The notes under the pieces: generated by a model
The model's input: the letters and a program-made list of their open reading frames with translations, nothing else
Databases searched by the model: none
Told to the model about the DNA's origin: nothing
Part shown: in pieces, positions 48,689-57,067 of the stretch
Numbering within the stretch: position 1 is the stretch's first letter
Layout: every line of letters begins with the position of its first letter
Virus record (IMG/VR): IMGVR_UViG_3300032007_000069
Location: 10,328-74,327 of that record
Origin: a virus
Lineage: Duplodnaviria; Caudoviricetes
Direction: 5' to 3' (one strand)
Length of the DNA stretch: 64,000 nt
Program-made: the position numbers and the translations under genes

Positions 48689-49876
48689 ATGCGAACAGCA
48701 GTCAGATTTCCACAAAGCCCTGTACGGAGTTATAGAGTCACTCCACAAGTCAGAGTATCGCGTGAGAGAGGAGCGGCACGAAAGGCTGCTTCCTCCCTCA
48801 GCGCCCCTGCTTTTCTGACACAGCGGATTGACGATATACGTCCGGCAGAGACGGATGGCATGAATGCTTACGGCATAGACCTCGTGAAGAGCTATAAGCA
48901 TGTTCTGAAGTGCTGCAAGAGGTTCTGTCGGTTCGTGGGTCTGAAGTTTGACTTCACCCCACGGGCTGACCTCACGAAGAGCCAGTTGCTCGGAGAGCTG
49001 ATAGATTATTTCGACAAGCTGATACGTCCGCTCGGTCTGGATTTCTTCGTCAGCAAGAAGACATCGCAAGGCGACGAGACAAGCGTTCTCGAATGTGCAG
49101 TCTATCGGTACGGCTCAGAGCTGGCAGAGACTATCGTGATTATGTATGTCGCTCCTGCGAGGTATCTGTCCCCTAAGAGCGCAGAGTACTTCAAGCGGTT
49201 CATGAAGTTCTTCAGTGACAGCACGAACATTCCGCTCGGCATCATAGGTCATAGCGAGAACTTCTATCTCGACAGCATCCTCGGTATGTACGAGGAAGAT
49301 CCGTTCTACGATGAGGATGATGAGGACGAAGAACGTGACAAGCGCAAGGCCATAGCTGCTGCCTACAACGAGGACGGTGAGTTTTGGAACCTGTTTGATG
49401 AGATAGGTTCTCTCCCCAAGCAGGATGCAGAGAAGCTGGTAGACGAGATAGACAAGTACAGGTGTGAGAGTCCGGAAGAGGAGCTGGGTCTCATGGAGAG
49501 TCTGATAGAGGGCATCCCAATCGTCAAGGACATGAACTACTACTGGTTTGAGTTCAATCCAGAGGATGATGGCCTGCCCGATGCCTACGGCAATACTGAT
49601 GGCGACGGATGGTCAAGCGGTGTGTTTGCCTCTGCCATCCTCTACTCAGAGCAGGATGGTATCAGCGAGCAGCTTCTTGAATCCATCAACAGCGAGGTAA
49701 ATGCAGGTATCATGATGTCCGGCTGGAACATTCATCAGTACCTCTACGAAGACGTGAAGAAGGAGGTCATAGCCGACTTCATGCGTTGTAAGGATAAGGT
49801 AGGAGATTTCGACAAGTGGTTACGTTCTTATTACACGGAAATGGAAGAATTTGACAAGTATGGGAAGTCTAAGTAG
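48689..49876 (+). CDS. PRTRC system protein F-like
   Basis: Acidic 395-aa protein located between C and B. Confidence 0.6.
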   Translation: MRTAVRFPQSPVRSYRVTPQVRVSRERGAARKAASSLSAPAFLTQRIDDIRPAETDGMNAYGIDLVKSYKHVLKCCKRFCRFVGLKFDFTPRADLTKSQLLGELIDYFDKLIRPLGLDFFVSKKTSQGDETSVLECAVYRYGSELAETIVIMYVAPARYLSPKSAEYFKRFMKFFSDSTNIPLGIIGHSENFYLDSILGMYEEDPFYDEDDEDEERDKRKAIAAAYNEDGEFWNLFDEIGSLPKQDAEKLVDEIDKYRCESPEEELGLMESLIEGIPIVKDMNYYWFEFNPEDDGLPDAYGNTDGDGWSSGVFASAILYSEQDGISEQLLESINSEVNAGIMMSGWNIHQYLYEDVKKEVIADFMRCKDKVGDFDKWLRSYYTEMEEFDKYGKSK

Positions 49877-50561
49877 TATTTTGAATAGCAAGTTGGAGCC
49901 GACTGATGCCCTGGTGTTCTATAAGAGCACGTTGAGCAACGGAGGCTCGTATGTGGAACACAGAGCCATCAAGAACGGTGTGATGGGTGCAGGTGCTCCG
50001 CTCGAAATAGATGTGCTTGCGAAGATTATGAAGACGGTGGATAAGTTCGCTCACGACACCACGTCGATGGTCTCGCTGCATGGAGTGATACCAGAGAACC
50101 TTCTGTATGCCAGTGCAAGCATTGACAGCTACAAGATGGTGTGGTATAGGAAGCCAGAGAAGCGGATGATGTACTTCGTTGATACGCTCGGCATACCGAA
50201 CGGGGAAATGGAGATACCTGGTCTTGTGTACTCGACGGACGGGCGAGGCCTCAGAGTCTTCGCCTTCAAGGGCAGCAAGCCGAAGAAGCTCCTGTTCTAT
50301 GCTCCGTTCTTCAATGTTGACGACCATGTGTGCCTCGGCAGTGCTAAGATCGCCAAGCCGAAGGTGCAGACGTACCAGAACTGGATGCAGTACTGGGAGG
50401 ATATGTTTTGGAAGTCTGAGTTTGCGCACATCTTAGGCGGAAATCCGGTGAAGGGCAACCTTTCCATCATTACCAAGGAGTGCATCAAGGAGCATAAGCC
50501 CTTCCCTATGGGGCAACTGAAGAAGTCAAAATTCACATTACAAAGGTTGTATGAAATATAG
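49851..50561 (+). CDS. PRTRC system protein B (prokaryotic E2 family D)
   Basis: VWYRKP, IPGLVY, APFFNV..HVCLG (catalytic Cys), FWKSEFAH. Confidence 0.85.
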   Translation: MTSMGSLSSILNSKLEPTDALVFYKSTLSNGGSYVEHRAIKNGVMGAGAPLEIDVLAKIMKTVDKFAHDTTSMVSLHGVIPENLLYASASIDSYKMVWYRKPEKRMMYFVDTLGIPNGEMEIPGLVYSTDGRGLRVFAFKGSKPKKLLFYAPFFNVDDHVCLGSAKIAKPKVQTYQNWMQYWEDMFWKSEFAHILGGNPVKGNLSIITKECIKEHKPFPMGQLKKSKFTLQRLYEI

Positions 50562-51348
50562 GCATTTTGTTCACAATTACATGCTGAACCCTCAGCATCC
50601 GTTGACGGTCTCGGTGATAGGAGCTGGAGGAACTGGCTCGCAGGTACTCACGGCACTCGGGAGAATGAACTACGCTCTGATGGAGCTGGGGCATCCTGGT
50701 CTGCAGGTGAGAGTGTATGATGAAGACATAGTGACCCAAGCCAACTGCGGACGTCAGTTGTTCGCTCCACAGGAGATAGGTCTCAACAAGGCTGATGTGC
50801 TTGCTACGAAGCTGAATATGTTCTTCGGAACGGCATGGGAGAGTTTCCCTGTCATGTACGATGTGAACACGGAACGCTCGAACATCACCATATCGTGCGT
50901 CGATACGGTCAAGTCACGTCTGGAGATAGCGAAGAACCTGCTTAACGGACAGAACAGCAGGTATGGCGACATGGGAAGGACGTTCTACTGGCTCGACTTT
51001 GGCAACACGCTCAACTCTGGTCAGGTGGTGTTAGGCTCGGTGTTTGACATCACACAGCCGAAGGGCAAGAGAAGCTGCATAGGCAAGCTGAGGACGGTGA
51101 CTGAAATGTTCGACCTCTCGAAGGTGAATGAGAAGAAGTCCGGTCCAAGTTGCTCCCTTGCAGAAGCGTTGAGCAAGCAAGATCTGTTCATCAACTCCAC
51201 GTTGGCAAACATAGGTATGGCGCTCATGTGGAAGATGTTCACGAAAGGAGTGCTTGAGACACAGGGTGCGTTCCTCAACCTCGAAACGATGAAGGTAAAC
51301 CCGATAAAGATAGAGAAGGTATGGGAAGGCCGACAGGTAACGGATTGA
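50551..51348 (+). CDS. PRTRC ThiF/E1-like enzyme
   Basis: VIGAGGTGSQ, DEDIVTQANCGRQ, CVDT, WLDFGN, GPSCSLAEALSKQDLFIN. Confidence 0.92.
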   Translation: MKYRHFVHNYMLNPQHPLTVSVIGAGGTGSQVLTALGRMNYALMELGHPGLQVRVYDEDIVTQANCGRQLFAPQEIGLNKADVLATKLNMFFGTAWESFPVMYDVNTERSNITISCVDTVKSRLEIAKNLLNGQNSRYGDMGRTFYWLDFGNTLNSGQVVLGSVFDITQPKGKRSCIGKLRTVTEMFDLSKVNEKKSGPSCSLAEALSKQDLFINSTLANIGMALMWKMFTKGVLETQGAFLNLETMKVNPIKIEKVWEGRQVTD

Positions 51349-51584
51349 TAGAACTGGTTGACGAGAAGTCACAGGACAGAGGCTTCTTCTGCATGAAGCT
51401 CGCTGGCTACATCATGCAGGAACGTAAGGAGCAGTTGACCCTCGACCCTGCAGATCTGTGGGAACTTCGTTTTGCCGAGGCGAAAGCAGGTGCCTGTGCC
51501 TACCGTGACATCTGCCCCATCCATGCAAGGACGATAGCAAAGAGAGGCAAGCAGGTTATCCAGCTCTCATTCGAGTTCCTGTAG
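51321..51584 (+). CDS. Hypothetical protein
   Basis: 87 aa at the end of the PRTRC operon. Confidence 0.5.
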   Translation: MGRPTGNGLIELVDEKSQDRGFFCMKLAGYIMQERKEQLTLDPADLWELRFAEAKAGACAYRDICPIHARTIAKRGKQVIQLSFEFL

Positions 51585-51658
51585 AAGTGCTCTTTACATA
51601 CCAAAGCGATTAGAGAAATGTTAAATAAATCTTAAAACAAGCGATTTTTGGGCAAAAT

Positions 51659-51691
51659 GTGCGTTTATTTCAAGCATTTTTTGTACCTTTG
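51659..51691 (+). promoter_or_regulatory. Class II promoter 2
   Basis: GTGCG 51659, TCAAGCATTTTT 51670, TACCTTTG 51684. Confidence 0.7.
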
Positions 51692-51711
51692 CATAAGAAA
51701 ACAAAGAAAAT

Positions 51712-52110
51712 ATGAAGATATTTACCAGCTATTTCGCAAACATGAGCAAGTTGAGCAAGGAGGGTGTCATGCCAATCTGCATCGCTCGCTACGCTCCAAG
51801 ATGGTACAGCGGCCCTCAGTATTTGGACGTTGCGCCAACAGGTTATATGCTGAGTGCAGCCTGTAACCATGAGGAATATCTGAAGAAGTACGACGATATA
51901 CTGAAGCGTCTCGTTCCGGCTGATGTGGTGAGGTCGATAGAACGTATCTCACAGGGCAGGGACGTGGCTCTTTGCTGCTATGAGAAGCCTGGTGACTTCT
52001 GCCACCGCCACCTTCTGGCTGACTGGCTCACAAAGAACGGCTACGAGGTTAAGGAGTGGGAGTCCAAGGAAGAGAAAGCCAAGGCACAGCAGCTATCCCT
52101 ATTTGACTGA
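51712..52110 (+). CDS. DUF488-family protein
   Basis: MKIFTSYF, LDVAPT, ALCCYEKPGDFCHRHLLADWL. Confidence 0.8.
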   Translation: MKIFTSYFANMSKLSKEGVMPICIARYAPRWYSGPQYLDVAPTGYMLSAACNHEEYLKKYDDILKRLVPADVVRSIERISQGRDVALCCYEKPGDFCHRHLLADWLTKNGYEVKEWESKEEKAKAQQLSLFD

Positions 52111-52202
52111 TACTTTTTTGTCATACGAATAAAAGTTTAGATTGATTAAAAACTAAAGTTGATTTCTCTCAGCCTGCCGTCTGAGAAGACATGCAGGCAA
52201 AC

Positions 52203-52275
52203 GCTTCGATAGCTCAGTAGGTAGAGCAACAGCCCTTTAAGCTGTGGGTCCATGGTTCGAGTCCATGTCGTGGCA
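52203..52275 (+). tRNA. tRNA-Lys(UUU) with C33
   Basis: Full cloverleaf; anticodon stem ACAGC/GCTGT, loop CCTTTAA; one T-T mismatch in the acceptor stem; CCA not encoded. Confidence 0.85.
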
Positions 52276-52284
52276 CAGACTGAT

Positions 52285-52372
52285 GAGCTTGTATGGCTTA
52301 CGCAAGTAAGAGGTAAAGGGAAGCCAGATGTAGATGCTGGCAACGATGCAGGTTCGAGTCCTGTCAAGTTCG
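52285..52372 (+). ncRNA. tRNA-like element with non-canonical D and anticodon arms (Tyr-like GTA in loop)
   Basis: Acceptor GAGCTTG/CAAGTTC and T arm GCAGG-TTCGAGT-CCTGT are present; the interior does not form a standard cloverleaf. Confidence 0.55.
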
Positions 52373-52378
52373 GACGTT

Positions 52379-52452
52379 TAGCAGTTAGCTCAGTTGGTAG
52401 GAGCGCCCGATCGTTAATCGGGAGGTCATGGGTTCGAGTCCCATACTGCGTT
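52379..52452 (+). tRNA. tRNA-Asn(GUU) with U32/C33
   Basis: Anticodon stem CCCGA/TCGGG, loop TCGTTAA; T arm ATGGG-TTCGAGT-CCCAT; only 5 clear acceptor pairs. Confidence 0.75.
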
Positions 52453-52456
52453 CTAA

Positions 52457-52535
52457 TTGGTGTCCGTTACGGAGCAAGTAAGTCCAGATTCCAAATGGCA
52501 TGCAGCCACTCCGGCAATTACCGAAACGGCACCAA
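52457..52535 (+). ncRNA. Unidentified structured RNA in the tRNA cluster
   Basis: Closing stem TTGGTG(T)CCGTT/AACGGCACCAA; inner CGGAG/CTCCG and TGGC/GCCA stems. Confidence 0.4.
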
Positions 52536-52538
52536 CAT

Positions 52539-52611
52539 CGCGGAATAGAGCAGATGGTAGCTCGGCTGGCTCATAACCAGCAGGTCGCAGGTTCGAGTCC
52601 TGCTTCCGCAA
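52539..52611 (+). tRNA. tRNA-Met(CAU), initiator-like
   Basis: C1-A72 mismatch, initiator-type GAGC/GCTC D stem, loop CTCATAA; only two of the three anticodon-stem G-C pairs. Confidence 0.88.
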
Positions 52612-52617
52612 CAAAGA

Positions 52618-53496
52618 TTGCGAAATATGAGATATATCGTATCGAGGGAAATCCTCAACCAGAACATTGATTCTGCGCAGACCATGATAGGTTCGCGCAG
52701 ACTTTCGTTGATGTTCAAGGAATACTATGAGCGCCTGTACCTCCTTGTTGACCAGCACCCTACGGGCGACATCTTCGCCATCAATCTGCAGGATAGTATC
52801 TGCTATGCCTTGGGTATGGCAAACGAGAAGAACAAGGGAGCCTTGGTGAATAACATCATGGACGCGAAAGCCCTGCATGATAAGGGCATGAGCCAGTTCT
52901 ATGTACCTATCGACACCTGCGATGGACGTGAGGGCTTGCCAGTCTATGAAGCGAAGCTGCTTGCTGAGGCTATCCATGAGTTCATCGGTAAGAAGACGCT
53001 GGTCACTGGTATGGTGACGAATGGCTGTATCAACGACCTTCATCTGAAGACGAAAGAGGAGTGGAAGGAATTGTGGTCTGCTTTCGGGAACCATCTTACA
53101 GGCCTCTCGGTAGGCGGTAGCTACTGGCTCGACAAGGCGAAGGATCTGCCGGAGTTCGTGCGAGACGTGAGGATAGGCCGCTTCATGCTGTTCGGCTATA
53201 TCCCATACAGCGACAAGAAGTATGGTAGGAACTGCATGGTGGTAGAAGGAAACGTCCTCGGTGTCAATCTCAGACAGCAGAAGGTGATGGTTGACCTCGG
53301 TGATGCCTACTGCGACCCTGTTCAGTGTGTGCCGTACAACGAAGACCTGGTATTCACGGAGTCTTCGAGCAACTACGCTCTGTACACTACACCTCAAGCC
53401 TCTCGGTATTACATCGGTCAGCGGCTTCTATTCACCCCCAATTACAAACATTCATCGGCCTTAGCAAGGTTGGAAGTACAATATGACTATGAATAG
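52618..53496 (+). CDS. PLP fold-type III racemase, ornithine/lysine racemase (Orr/YhfX)-like
   Basis: LMFKE (PLP Lys), IDTCDGREG, TNGC, LSVGGS, VRIGRFMLFG, SSNY and YIGQRLLFTPNY align by eye with ornithine-racemase motifs. Confidence 0.75.
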   Translation: MRNMRYIVSREILNQNIDSAQTMIGSRRLSLMFKEYYERLYLLVDQHPTGDIFAINLQDSICYALGMANEKNKGALVNNIMDAKALHDKGMSQFYVPIDTCDGREGLPVYEAKLLAEAIHEFIGKKTLVTGMVTNGCINDLHLKTKEEWKELWSAFGNHLTGLSVGGSYWLDKAKDLPEFVRDVRIGRFMLFGYIPYSDKKYGRNCMVVEGNVLGVNLRQQKVMVDLGDAYCDPVQCVPYNEDLVFTESSSNYALYTTPQASRYYIGQRLLFTPNYKHSSALARLEVQYDYE

Positions 53497-55495
53497 GACA
53501 GTTGGTTTTGAACTTGAAATATCTGATGTGAAGCGGAGCGATGTATTCGTTCCGCAAGGCTATAGCTGGAGCCGTGAGGAAACACTCTACGGCACAAACG
53601 GCAAGCGTCAATCCCCCACCTCATTGCTCGGAGGCGAGTTGAACACCAGGCCACTATCTTTCACCCATGAGGATATGGAAGAACTGCGCAAGGTGTTCAA
53701 CTCATTTTTTGAAGCCGGAGGGAACGTCATGTGGTGCAACTACTTCCATTGCCATGTGTGGGTAGGTGACTTCACGCTGGATGAGCTGAAAAACGTGTTC
53801 CTGCTGACATATCACACGAACAGGTTCATCAAGGCATACTGCGATGTGAAGCCGTACAGGGAGTTCAACCTGTGTTGTCCTACACCCACCATCGAGTATG
53901 TGGAGAAGTGCCGTGAGGCGGAATCCTTTGAGGCCCTGCAGAACGTCTTCAAGAACAGCAGCAACAAAGGCTATATAAGGCACTTGGTGAACATCAATTC
54001 GTATTGGAAGGTGCAGACGGTGGAGTTTCGTATGTTCGCATCGACACGCAACTTCGACGAGCTGGTAGCATCAGCGTTCTTTGCCATGCGCTTCGTGAAC
54101 TATGCTAAGAACCACACGGAGGAGGACTTCAAGAAGATCCGCTCGATGGAGGACTTCCAGAGGGAATTGAAGATACACATGCCTGTGGCGAAAGTGCTGC
54201 CACACCTCATCAACGCAGGTGACCAGATGTCAGAGAGCGACCGCTTCGTGTCGAGGGTAATCAAGTATTCCTCTCCTATGGTGAAGCTCATCGTGGAGAA
54301 CTGCGGTGACGAGTTATGCTGTGTGAACCCCAATATGTTCGGTCTTGAAATGTCGCTGTTCCCGAAGTTGAAGAGGCTGAGCATCTACAACACCAACGAG
54401 TTCAACGACGTGCTGTATCGGATGGCTACGCAAGGTCTGAAGATACGCTACAAGGATAAGATGGAGTTTCTGGAGCAGTATGCCGACGGTACACCCGAAA
54501 TGGAGATAGTGCGTCTGATGATGTTCCACAGAATACGCAAGTTCATCGCAGACAACGACTATGCGAGGAAGTCCTTTGAGGCCATCGTGTCAGTATTGCC
54601 GGACAGCATCACGAAGGGCTTGGAGGTGGCTCGTAAGATGGTGCAGATGCTTCAGTCGTGCAAGTATGTCAGAGGTACGCTGAATGACGCTCTGGAGAAT
54701 GAGAATGTCGTCTTCTATCAGTATGAGGGTCTGCCGAAGCTGAACAGCACCCTCCATCATCTGGAGAAGCTGTCGGACTTCAAGGCGACGATGGAGCCGA
54801 TGCTAACCAACTATCAAGGTGTGACGGAGAATCTGAAAGAGGGACAGAGGTTGTTCGTTGCCAGCATGGACCAGTATCTCTCGCTCAATCGCCTTGGTTC
54901 TGTGAATGGTCTGATATTGTACTCCAATATCGGTTCCGAGAAGACGAAGGTCTCTGCCTCATTTGAGCCTGTCTATCAGTTCGGCTTCAAGATACCTCCA
55001 GACGATTTGGAGATAGACGACCCGAAGAAGCTGATGATTGTCCCTGCACAGGGCAAGCAGTTCACCATCCTGCAGCACGCTTTCGTGAAGAAGGTGGCCA
55101 GCTTCATGAGCGGACGCTTTCAGTTCATCGTGTACTACGACAACTATGTGCTTGGTGCCTTTGCCTTCGACCTGCCCAAGGCTGAGGGTTATGATGTATG
55201 GCTGCTGTCAGACTTCACGACGAATAACCAGGTGAAGCGGTTGGCGAAGCTCATCCTCCTGTGCATCAAGTCGGCTCCAGTGAAGAAGTTCCTGTCGAGG
55301 AAGCTCCAGCGCACGGCTGAGAAGATGTACACGAAGGTCTATACCACCAGACCTGTTTCCATGAAGTATCGTGGCCCGTTCAAGAAGGTGAAGATAGAGG
55401 GCATGGATAAGGGCTTGGTCTATGAGGCAGATTTCGGTTCGTCCGGAAATGGAGAGGATATTATCAGAGAATATCAAAAAATCATTCAACGATGA
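53483..55495 (+). CDS. Fusion: COOH-NH2 amidoligase (type 2) + degenerate MTase-like + GNAT/Mom-like domain
   Basis: VGFELE, GGELNTRP, HCHVWV and LVN...TVEFRMF in the N-terminus; GAFAF, LLSDF, RLAKLIL and PVSMKYRG in the C-terminus. Confidence 0.7.
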   Translation: MTMNRTVGFELEISDVKRSDVFVPQGYSWSREETLYGTNGKRQSPTSLLGGELNTRPLSFTHEDMEELRKVFNSFFEAGGNVMWCNYFHCHVWVGDFTLDELKNVFLLTYHTNRFIKAYCDVKPYREFNLCCPTPTIEYVEKCREAESFEALQNVFKNSSNKGYIRHLVNINSYWKVQTVEFRMFASTRNFDELVASAFFAMRFVNYAKNHTEEDFKKIRSMEDFQRELKIHMPVAKVLPHLINAGDQMSESDRFVSRVIKYSSPMVKLIVENCGDELCCVNPNMFGLEMSLFPKLKRLSIYNTNEFNDVLYRMATQGLKIRYKDKMEFLEQYADGTPEMEIVRLMMFHRIRKFIADNDYARKSFEAIVSVLPDSITKGLEVARKMVQMLQSCKYVRGTLNDALENENVVFYQYEGLPKLNSTLHHLEKLSDFKATMEPMLTNYQGVTENLKEGQRLFVASMDQYLSLNRLGSVNGLILYSNIGSEKTKVSASFEPVYQFGFKIPPDDLEIDDPKKLMIVPAQGKQFTILQHAFVKKVASFMSGRFQFIVYYDNYVLGAFAFDLPKAEGYDVWLLSDFTTNNQVKRLAKLILLCIKSAPVKKFLSRKLQRTAEKMYTKVYTTRPVSMKYRGPFKKVKIEGMDKGLVYEADFGSSGNGEDIIREYQKIIQR

Positions 55496-56196
55496 AGCAA
55501 GATAAATGGAAAGTCGAGAAGGTCAGTCTCGAAAAGATTGTGCCGGCAGAGCTGAACGCTAACGAAATGTCCGAAGAGGACTTTCAGCAGCTCTGTGAGA
55601 ACATAGGCATCAGTGGCCTTAGTAGTGTGCCGACCTGTTACCGCAGGGAGTCGGACGGAATGTTTGTCACCATCAGCGGCCATCACAGAATCAAGGCTGC
55701 AGAGAAGGAGGGCTATACGGAAATCTACATCATGTACGCAGAGGAGCGTGACTTCGAGCCGGATGAGATTGTGGCTATACAGCTATCCCACAATTCCCTG
55801 CATGGAGAGGACAACAAGGGTATCTTGAAGCGCCTGTTTGAGAGTATCAAGACGGTTCAGTTCAAGAAGTTCGCTCACATAGACATGAATGAGATAGGCA
55901 CCATTGACATCGAGTCGGTGAACATCATTCCCATGCGTGAGACGTACAATGTGTCGGTGGTTCTGTACAAGCAGGACATTCGTCTCTTGGAGGAACTGAC
56001 AGGGTGTGTCAGGGAGGCATTGGATAGCAGCGAGTATGTTATCCTTGCAGACCAGGAGAAGACGGAGGATGCGTACCTTGCGCTGATGAAGGAGGTAGGT
56101 CAGAAGTTTAACATCAAGTCAAGCAACATCGCTTTTGCGAAGATACTTGAGCTTGCAAAAAAACAGATAGAATATGAAAGTTGTAGTAGTAACTAA
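55492..56196 (+). CDS. ParB/Srx N-terminal domain protein
   Basis: IVPAELNANEM, FVTISGHHRIKAA, LSHNSLHGED. Confidence 0.85.
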   Translation: MKQDKWKVEKVSLEKIVPAELNANEMSEEDFQQLCENIGISGLSSVPTCYRRESDGMFVTISGHHRIKAAEKEGYTEIYIMYAEERDFEPDEIVAIQLSHNSLHGEDNKGILKRLFESIKTVQFKKFAHIDMNEIGTIDIESVNIIPMRETYNVSVVLYKQDIRLLEELTGCVREALDSSEYVILADQEKTEDAYLALMKEVGQKFNIKSSNIAFAKILELAKKQIEYESCSSN

Positions 56197-57067
56197 CACG
56201 AGAGAGGTCAATTCTCTTATTCCACAGGTCAAGTTTGACCTCATCAAGGCAACGTTGGCACCTATCGAGGTGCAGATTATGTTCGTTGAGAACGAGGAGG
56301 ATTTCCAGCTTCTCGACAAGATCAGTCAGAACGACATCGTGCTCGTTGAGACCAAGGATGCAGAGACCATTCACCAGATTGCCATTCGTGGCCTCAGACA
56401 CACTGGAGAGGTTCCTGCTGCCGTGAACTTCGACTCGAATAAGGTTGACCTCCGCAAGGCGGTTGCAGGTAAGATTCCCATGCCTGGCTTGTATGTAAGT
56501 CTTGACGAGGTGGAGGATGGCAAGCGTTACTTCGTGAAGCCTCTCATCCTCGAAGACAGCATCGGCATTGACGAGCACTCTCTCTGTCATTCAAAGGCAG
56601 AGGTCGTGGAGCGAGTGAAGTACATCAACGAGAAGTTTGGCAAGCCAGCCATCATCGAGGACTTCATTGAGGGCTATGACGTGACGGTGGGCATCATCAA
56701 TCGTGGTGACAGCTTCATCGTGAAAGCAGTCCGTATTGACTCCCTGCTCGAGGGTGTCCCGTTCCAGTCGGAACAGGTGAAGACGGAAGATCTGCGCGAC
56801 TTCTACGACATGGATGAGCTGAACCCGAAGCTCAGCGAAATGTTGAAGAACATGGCCATCGGTGCTTTCCTCAGTATCGGTGCCACCAACTATGCCCGTC
56901 TGGATTTCCGTGTGACTGAGGCAGGACAGCCTTACCTTATCGAGGTGAACCTGTACCCGGGCTTGAAGGACACAGGAGCGATGTATCGTGCCATCAAGTT
57001 CACAGGCATCCCTTACCGTGACTACTTGTACGAGGTCTTGAACACAGCACGCAGACGTTTGATATAA
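56174..57067 (+). CDS. ATP-grasp ligase, D-Ala-D-Ala ligase-like
   Basis: FVKP...DSIGI, IIEDFIEGYDVTVGII, YARLDFR...YLIEVNLYPG. Confidence 0.85.
   Translation: MKVVVVTNTREVNSLIPQVKFDLIKATLAPIEVQIMFVENEEDFQLLDKISQNDIVLVETKDAETIHQIAIRGLRHTGEVPAAVNFDSNKVDLRKAVAGKIPMPGLYVSLDEVEDGKRYFVKPLILEDSIGIDEHSLCHSKAEVVERVKYINEKFGKPAIIEDFIEGYDVTVGIINRGDSFIVKAVRIDSLLEGVPFQSEQVKTEDLRDFYDMDELNPKLSEMLKNMAIGAFLSIGATNYARLDFRVTEAGQPYLIEVNLYPGLKDTGAMYRAIKFTGIPYRDYLYEVLNTARRRLI

Noticed and set aside
52280-52527. Hammerhead ribozyme (CTGATGAG at 52280, CGAAAC at 52522)
   Set aside because: The core elements are in an order matching no hammerhead type, and stem II cannot be formed.
53483-55495. Active N6-adenine methyltransferase
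   Set aside because: SAM-binding motif I and the (D/N/S)PP(Y/F) motif are not recognisable in the middle domain.
56174-57067. Vancomycin-resistance or housekeeping ddl gene
   Set aside because: It lacks the classical Ddl N-terminal GGxSxE motif and any van context; only the ATP-grasp core is shared.
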